Made by a program: the position numbers and the translations under genes. The notes under the pieces are model-generated. The model worked only from the letters and a program-made list of their open reading frames with translations, was not told where the DNA came from and ran no database searches. A stretch of 62,807 nt of DNA, the filler included. It is 3 parts of 3 records of this genome, joined end to end, with 100 filler letters (N's around TTAATTAATTAA, not from the genome) between each part and the next. Parts side by side here need not be neighbours in the genome. Positions count along the whole stretch, not along the records: positions 32,486 to 62,807 come from SRR31156797_9308; 2 more parts are not named here. The stretch is one strand, 5' to 3'. This document shows positions 57,532 to 62,807 of this stretch, piece after piece (within the stretch, counting starts at the first letter, position 1; every line of letters begins with the position of its first letter).

Positions 57532-60334
57532 CGATACTCATCTCCAATGAAAGTTTTTTCAAAAAGTTTCCATGCTCTTTAGCTAGGTCATTTAAACTGT
57601 TCAGCGCAAGCTCAAATTCCTCTTCTTTTGTATTATAGAGTATTCTCACAGCCTTTGCTCTGATATCGTCCGGATATTTCTTCATATATGTCTTAACAGC
57701 ATCTATAAGCCTTTTATTGTTATAATTCAATACGAAATAGATCATTTTATAATAATCCACGTAAGAATCCGTATATTTCATATGACCGAGCGAAGTGTAT
57801 GACGCCTCGGCATTCACAAAGTCTTCAACCCACATGAAATAGTACATAGAAGCTTTATAAAGTTCTGTCGAGCGGATTGTGATGTCACTAAACTGCTGGA
57901 GGTACTCAAGAGCCTTATCTTTCTTATCCATGAGGATGCTATAGTAGACCAGGTCTTTCAGAATCATTATATCACCAGGGTAATCCGCAGGGTCTATATC
58001 AGGAATTCCGGCGCCCTTTTTAACCATGGCGTATGCTTTCATAAATTTATACACTCTATCATCTTTTAGTTTGTCATCGAAATTTGATATCTCATTATCC
58101 AAAGTTCCGAGAAGGTCTCTTATAGCACGCCCTCTGAAGATGCTATTGCTCTCATAAAGTGGATTAAGCGAAGGGAAGCCCTCACCTCTCATATATCTGG
58201 CAAGTGACACAACACCCGTGAGAAAAGAGTTATCATCCTTCTTTTCACCAATACTATCTATCACCCTTGTATAACCTTTAAACCCAAGCTCAGCAAAAAA
58301 ACCGGCATATAAAACTGGCTCAGGAATTTTTCTGTTATTCTCAACAACCTGCTCAACTCTGTCCCTCACAAGGTTATAGTAGTCCAGTGCTTTATGCATC
58401 TCTTCCTTTTCACGGAAACAAACCGCCATGCCGAGATAAGCTGGGAAATGGTAATTATTTTGCAGGATTGCCGTATCAAAGTGCTTCATCGCCCTGTTAA
58501 TATCACCCATATTCAGCTTAGCAAGCCCCATATTGTAAAGGGTATAAGGATTATTATTGAGAAGCTCATTCGCCTCATTAAACTTATCGAAAGCCGCATC
58601 AAATTTATATTTCAAAAGGAGTGCGACCCCTTCGTTATTAAGCTTTATCCCCTCAGAATACTCAACAGAACGTTCCAACTCCTCAAGAGCTACAAGCTTA
58701 TCATCCTCCTGAAGCATCTTATACCCAAGAGCCACGAAATCGAGCATATCATCAGGATCCATAAATAGCGGATAAAGGATAGTCTTGAGAATATCTTCGA
58801 AAGTACCGTCAAATCTGTAAGAGAAATGAACGTCACGCATTGCTGGAATAAGGTGAAAAGAAACATTAGTAGACTTATTATATTCAGCTTTACGTGCAAC
58901 CTGCTGAGCCAGAAGCTCCTGCACGCCACGCAAATCACCCATGTTGAAATAAGGTACAAATTTATACCAGAAGCTCTCAGGGCGGACATTATTTATACCC
59001 TTCGCAAAAGCGAGAGCATTCTTATTTTTACCATACCTCTGAAGGATATATGAACGAAAAACATAATAGTCATTGTCTGTTTCCGGCGGAACTTTCAGCA
59101 CATGCTCACGTGCCTTGAGCATCTTATCCTCAGATATGTAGTATGCTGTCCTCGCCAGATCAAGATACGGGGATTCACGGTCATTGAAAAGAAGCTCTTC
59201 TATACCATCGAACTCTTCGTGATAGGATATTTTATGTTTGACAATAGTATATAATGTACTGTCAGTTTTGAATCTTTTATAAGCATTCTCCGCCATATCA
59301 CCAGCTTCGCGTATGAAGCCAAGAGAGATGAGGACTTCGTAGTAAAGCCTGTAATAGTCTGGTGCCTCAGGGTGCTCAGTAACGAGATTTTTAATCTCAC
59401 TCTCTGCTTGCTTCATCTTTCCATCAAGATAGTAAGCTGTTGCAAGTCTGAACTGATAATCTTTTCTCGGCTTAGCTGATATAAGGTAGTTTAACGCTTT
59501 TATCTCGTTATAATAATCACCAAGTGCGTGATACGACTCAGCAGCCAAAGAGAGAGCTTCCTCAGTTCTGTCTAATTTAAGAGCTTTCTCAACAGCCTCA
59601 AGAGCTGCTTTGTTCATATCTATTCTAAGGTAGGCCTTTGCCAGATTAAAGAAATCTGTATACCCTTTAAACTCAAGAGATTCGAGAATCGTTATACCGT
59701 CTTTATACTCGCCTACAGACATAAGGAAATAAGCGTAGTTTGATTTAACATATTTTGACTGGTCATTCTTATCCATTGCACGCCTGAAATATTGCGCAGC
59801 TTTTGCTGTCTCACCACGCTTAACGTGGATATTTGCCATATTTACTAGTAGTTTTGCAGAATCATCATCTTCAAGAAGCTGATCGACATATTGCTCTGCT
59901 TCTCTCAATTGATTAGTTTGGATGAGAACAACGGCTAGATTCATAAAAGCCTCACGAAAGTTAGGATCTTCCGCTACAGACTTTCTGAAAGCGTCTTCGC
60001 TATTTTTAAGATCGCCCATGAGATAGTAGCTCACACCGATATTGTAGAAAGCCACGGCTCTGTTCTGGGCTATACCGTTTTCGTAATATTCAATTGCGTC
60101 TTGGAACTGACCTTTAAGGAAAAACTCGTTACCTTTAGTAATCTGCGTATCGGTGCTGAGCATAGGCGATACGACAGGGACAGCTTCTGTGAGCTTCTCT
60201 TCCAGCTTCTGGTTCTCGTCGCCGCTACAGGAGATGAGAGACAGTGACAGGATGATCGCACTCAGCAGAGCCAATGCAGATGTCAATCCGGTAATAAGTT
60301 TAAGGTCAATCTTAATTTTGTTGCCCGGCGGCAT
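57521..60334 (-). CDS. Large TPR-repeat (lipo)protein
   Basis: Lipobox-like LISC; many TPR units such as AFYNIGVSYY and YTLYNMGLA. Confidence 0.85.
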   Translation of the reverse strand: MPPGNKIKIDLKLITGLTSALALLSAIILSLSLISCSGDENQKLEEKLTEAVPVVSPMLSTDTQITKGNEFFLKGQFQDAIEYYENGIAQNRAVAFYNIGVSYYLMGDLKNSEDAFRKSVAEDPNFREAFMNLAVVLIQTNQLREAEQYVDQLLEDDDSAKLLVNMANIHVKRGETAKAAQYFRRAMDKNDQSKYVKSNYAYFLMSVGEYKDGITILESLEFKGYTDFFNLAKAYLRIDMNKAALEAVEKALKLDRTEEALSLAAESYHALGDYYNEIKALNYLISAKPRKDYQFRLATAYYLDGKMKQAESEIKNLVTEHPEAPDYYRLYYEVLISLGFIREAGDMAENAYKRFKTDSTLYTIVKHKISYHEEFDGIEELLFNDRESPYLDLARTAYYISEDKMLKAREHVLKVPPETDNDYYVFRSYILQRYGKNKNALAFAKGINNVRPESFWYKFVPYFNMGDLRGVQELLAQQVARKAEYNKSTNVSFHLIPAMRDVHFSYRFDGTFEDILKTILYPLFMDPDDMLDFVALGYKMLQEDDKLVALEELERSVEYSEGIKLNNEGVALLLKYKFDAAFDKFNEANELLNNNPYTLYNMGLAKLNMGDINRAMKHFDTAILQNNYHFPAYLGMAVCFREKEEMHKALDYYNLVRDRVEQVVENNRKIPEPVLYAGFFAELGFKGYTRVIDSIGEKKDDNSFLTGVVSLARYMRGEGFPSLNPLYESNSIFRGRAIRDLLGTLDNEISNFDDKLKDDRVYKFMKAYAMVKKGAGIPDIDPADYPGDIMILKDLVYYSILMDKKDKALEYLQQFSDITIRSTELYKASMYYFMWVEDFVNAEASYTSLGHMKYTDSYVDYYKMIYFVLNYNNKRLIDAVKTYMKKYPDDIRAKAVRILYNTKEEEFELALNSLNDLAKEHGNFLKKLSLEMSIDGL

Positions 60335-60460
60335 ACTCCTTTATCCCTCCGGTATTTATCTCCATACTAAGTTCAGGTTCCACCCATAAGCATGGACATA
60401 TTTCTATTTAAGTAAAATCGGACAAAAACGTGAAAAGTGAAGCTCATAAGAGCATACTAT

Positions 60461-60862
60461 TTAAGAGGAATGTTCGTCAATCGCCATATTCGCAAGTTTA
60501 TCAGCTTCCTTATTAAGATTTCTAGGCACATGATTAAACGTAACCTTCTTGTCTTTAAGGACTTTATCTATCTCAAGCTTAATAGGTATCAGACCTTGAT
60601 TTTTTATTTTATATTCGCCTTTCATCTGCTTAACAACAAGCTCAGAGTCGAGATAGAAGTTAAGCTCGGTGAAATTTTCAAGCAGAGGGTGTTTCGCCGC
60701 TTCTAAAAGAGCGGTGTACTCAGCTATGTTATTCGTAGCTGTACCGATGAACTTCGTCCCCGTAGCGATCTCTTGCCCGTCAGCATAGATGATGTAACCG
60801 CATCCGGATGGGCCGGGATTTCCCCGGCACGCACCATCAGAATATATTTTAATTTCAGGCAT
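60461..60862 (-). CDS. rnhA: Ribonuclease HI
   Basis: DGACRGNPGP, TNNIAEY, DSELV and N.EAD.LA motifs. Confidence 0.92.
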   Translation of the reverse strand: MPEIKIYSDGACRGNPGPSGCGYIIYADGQEIATGTKFIGTATNNIAEYTALLEAAKHPLLENFTELNFYLDSELVVKQMKGEYKIKNQGLIPIKLEIDKVLKDKKVTFNHVPRNLNKEADKLANMAIDEHSS

Positions 60863-61574
60863 CAGCTTCTTCGCTTCTGTAGTACATGAACCTTTGACAG
60901 TTCGGGCACTGGAGAAGTTCTTTATCCTTCACAACTTCAACATAAAGCTGTGGTGGAACTTTGATGTAGCAGCCTGTGCATGTTTCGTTATCAACTCTGA
61001 CAACTGCGAGGTTGTTTCTAGCATTTCTAACTCTATCGTATTTAGCGAGGAGCGACTTCTTAACTTCTTTAGCAGCCTCTTCTCTGGAAGTTTTGTTAGA
61101 TGCAAGCTCAGAAGTTAGCTCTGAGTTCTCTTCGTCTCTCTGCTTAAACGCACTGTCGTAAGCTTTTTTAGCATCTTCAAGCTTCTGAGTAACTCCGTCG
61201 TCCGCAGATTTATGCTTATCGACTGATTCATTAAGCTCAAGAAGCTTGTATTCAGCTTCGTTAACGTTCTTCTTAAGTACGTCCATCTCTTTAAGAACAG
61301 CTTCGTACTCTTTGTTGTTCTTAACTTCAGGGAGTTTAGACTGAGCTTTTTCAAGCTGAGTCTTATTCTCTTCGTAAGCGGTCTGTACTTCATTTTTTGC
61401 GTTCAGGTCTTTATCATATTTCTCTTTGAAAGAGTCGAAACCTGTCTGAGCCTCTTCAAGCTCTGTCTTCGCATTCGCAAGATATTCAGGAACCCCAGCG
61501 AGCTTCTCTTCTGCGTCCGCAATAAGGTTATCCAGTCTCTGAATCTCAATAAGCTGTGAGATAGCTTCTAGCAT
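60855..61574 (-). CDS. Coiled-coil protein with C4 zinc ribbon (DUF164 family)
   Basis: Long coiled coil followed by CTGC...CPNCQR. Confidence 0.88.
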   Translation of the reverse strand: MLEAISQLIEIQRLDNLIADAEEKLAGVPEYLANAKTELEEAQTGFDSFKEKYDKDLNAKNEVQTAYEENKTQLEKAQSKLPEVKNNKEYEAVLKEMDVLKKNVNEAEYKLLELNESVDKHKSADDGVTQKLEDAKKAYDSAFKQRDEENSELTSELASNKTSREEAAKEVKKSLLAKYDRVRNARNNLAVVRVDNETCTGCYIKVPPQLYVEVVKDKELLQCPNCQRFMYYRSEEADA

Positions 61575-61578
61575 TTAA

Positions 61579-62688
61579 TTACCTCCAATGCACGATAGAG
61601 GGATCTTCCTCTATTACTACTGTATCTACTTTAAATTCGTTATTTATTAATTGAGCAAGATAGCTCATAAAAATCTTTTCAGTTTCGAAATGTCCGGCGT
61701 CAACGATCATAATGCCGTTCTCAGCAGCGTCAATAGCGTCGTGATGCTTCATGTCCCCAGTAAGGAGAACATCTACTCCTGCACCCAAACAGGCCTTCCA
61801 CATGGATGCCCCGCTCCCTGTAACCACTGCAAATCTGCTTATGTCACCTTCCGGCTTCATATTCAGCTTAATAGTGTCGAGACCTAACTTCTCTTTAACC
61901 AGTTTGAGGAAAGCTTCCCTCTTCATAGGCTCTTTAAAGGCTCCGACACGGCCGAGACCGTAATCTTTACCCATATCGAGCTTATAAATGTCGTGTGCAA
62001 CTTCCTCATAAGGGTGAGCCTCTGTCACAGCAGCAACAAGACCTGCCACACGTCGTTTATCTATAATCGATTCAATACGCATCTCAGAAACTCTATTAAG
62101 CTGCTCTTTCTCACCAATGAAAGGGTCGGTGTTAGCATTAGGGATAAAAGTCCCTTCGCCCGGTATGGAGAATGTGCAGCCGGAATATTCGCCTATGTGT
62201 CCGGTTCCGTAATCGATCATCGCCTGACGCACAGCTTCCGCATGTGTTTCAGGGACGTAAACTGAGAATTTCACATACTCATGGCGCCCCTCTTTAAGAA
62301 ATGAAGAGCTCACTTCCGCACCCATAATCTCGCAAATGTAGTCGTTCAAACTGAAATCTGCAAGGTCAAGACTGGTGTGCGCAGATATGATATTAAGATT
62401 ACCTCTAATCGCCTTAATAACTTTCCTGTCAAAGGTTTTAGAGATATCTAATGATTTTATTTTGCCAAAAAAAAGGGGGTGATGAGTTATCAGTAACCCA
62501 CACCCCGTTTCAATTGCTTTGTCTATTACTTTTTCAGTAGGATCAAGTGCCAGAGCTGCTTTGTCAACTTTTTGGTCTTCTAAGACCAGTTGTTTCCCGC
62601 TGTTATCCCAATCATATTGTCGGGTTATATCAGCGTAGCCTTTCTCTAAAAAATTCAAGATATCTTTTACTCTTGTCAAAGCACCCAT
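61579..62688 (-). CDS. Nif3-like dinuclear metal-centre protein with PII-like insertion
   Basis: WDNSG, THHPLFF, HTSLD, HPYEE and DAGHFETE motifs. Confidence 0.92.
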   Translation of the reverse strand: MGALTRVKDILNFLEKGYADITRQYDWDNSGKQLVLEDQKVDKAALALDPTEKVIDKAIETGCGLLITHHPLFFGKIKSLDISKTFDRKVIKAIRGNLNIISAHTSLDLADFSLNDYICEIMGAEVSSSFLKEGRHEYVKFSVYVPETHAEAVRQAMIDYGTGHIGEYSGCTFSIPGEGTFIPNANTDPFIGEKEQLNRVSEMRIESIIDKRRVAGLVAAVTEAHPYEEVAHDIYKLDMGKDYGLGRVGAFKEPMKREAFLKLVKEKLGLDTIKLNMKPEGDISRFAVVTGSGASMWKACLGAGVDVLLTGDMKHHDAIDAAENGIMIVDAGHFETEKIFMSYLAQLINNEFKVDTVVIEEDPSIVHWR

Positions 62689-62710
62689 ATCCTATTGTAC
62701 ATAAAATTTA

Positions 62711-62735
62711 TGCAGCCCTCAAGCCGAAGACTGCA
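62711..62735 (-). terminator. Hairpin downstream of the tRNA (terminator or processing signal)
   Basis: Minus strand TGCAGTCTTC-GGCTT-GAGGGCTGCA forms a 10-bp stem with two G:U pairs; weak U tail. Confidence 0.5.
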
Positions 62736-62747
62736 CATTTAAAAAGA

Positions 62748-62807
62748 TGGGCCAAGTTGGAATCGAACCAACGACCTACCGGTTATGAGCCGGTGGCTCT
62801 AGCCAAC
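62748..62807 (-). tRNA. tRNA with CAT anticodon, probably tRNA-Ile2 (5' end outside the window)
   Basis: ACCGG-CTCATAA-CCGGT anticodon arm, GGTTCGATTCC T arm, 3' TTGGCCCA. No initiator GGG/CCC stem. Elongator Met is not excluded. Confidence 0.85.

Noticed and set aside
60335..60460. RNase P RNA (rnpB) after the Nif3 / zinc-ribbon / rnhA cluster
   Set aside because: The gap is only about 125 nt and lacks the GAGGAAAGTCC signature.
32486..62807. Genome-wide TAG reassignment in contig C
   Set aside because: At least three genes end normally at TAG, and only one internal TAG was found.
1..62807. CRISPR arrays, cas genes, integrases, transposases, reverse transcriptases, rRNA
   Set aside because: I found no repeat-spacer periodicity or diagnostic motifs by eye. 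A short degenerate element could have been missed.

Overview
The window is not one genome. It is three unrelated contigs joined by two identical 100-nt spacers (44 N + TTAATTAATTAA + 44 N, at 12496-12595 and 32386-32485). Taxonomy below is inferred from gene content and protein style, not from a search. Contig A (1-12495) is Bacteroidota, Prolixibacteraceae/Marinilabiliales-like. It carries a GNAT, a NifX-like gene, a frameshifted CMD/AhpD gene, SPOR, purF, a glsA/glsB-like acyltransferase pair and the start of the dcw cluster (mraZ-rsmH-ftsL-ftsI-murE-mraY). Contig B (12596-32385) is a Methanosarcinaceae archaeon. It carries thiDN, a DEAD-box helicase, trmY-pus10-rpl21e-rpo4-DUF655-rsmA-hemK, a multi-PAS kinase, a 2-oxoacid:ferredoxin oxidoreductase, a KaiC/RAD55 ATPase with a REC-V4R-like regulator, purE, chorismate mutase, aroK and fmdF-fmdA. 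Contig C (32486-62807) is probably Deferribacterota (Denitrovibrio-like). It carries a cruciform repeat, tRNA-Arg(CCG), an AT-rich stand-alone DUF262 gene, a 13-kb signalling/c-di-GMP region, and then housekeeping genes ending in a partial tRNA(CAT). Most of the window is ordinary housekeeping DNA. The best leads are: (1) a tRNA-anchored DUF262 islet with clustered AGCAGCT motifs in its promoter; (2) a prophage-free CI/Cro-like switch whose S24-like domain appears to lack the catalytic Lys; (3) a sigma54 promoter that doubles as an anti-Shine-Dalgarno arm; (4) a diguanylate cyclase split by a single in-frame TAG; (5) an archaeal response regulator that appears to need an ATT start. None is proven novel without database searches.
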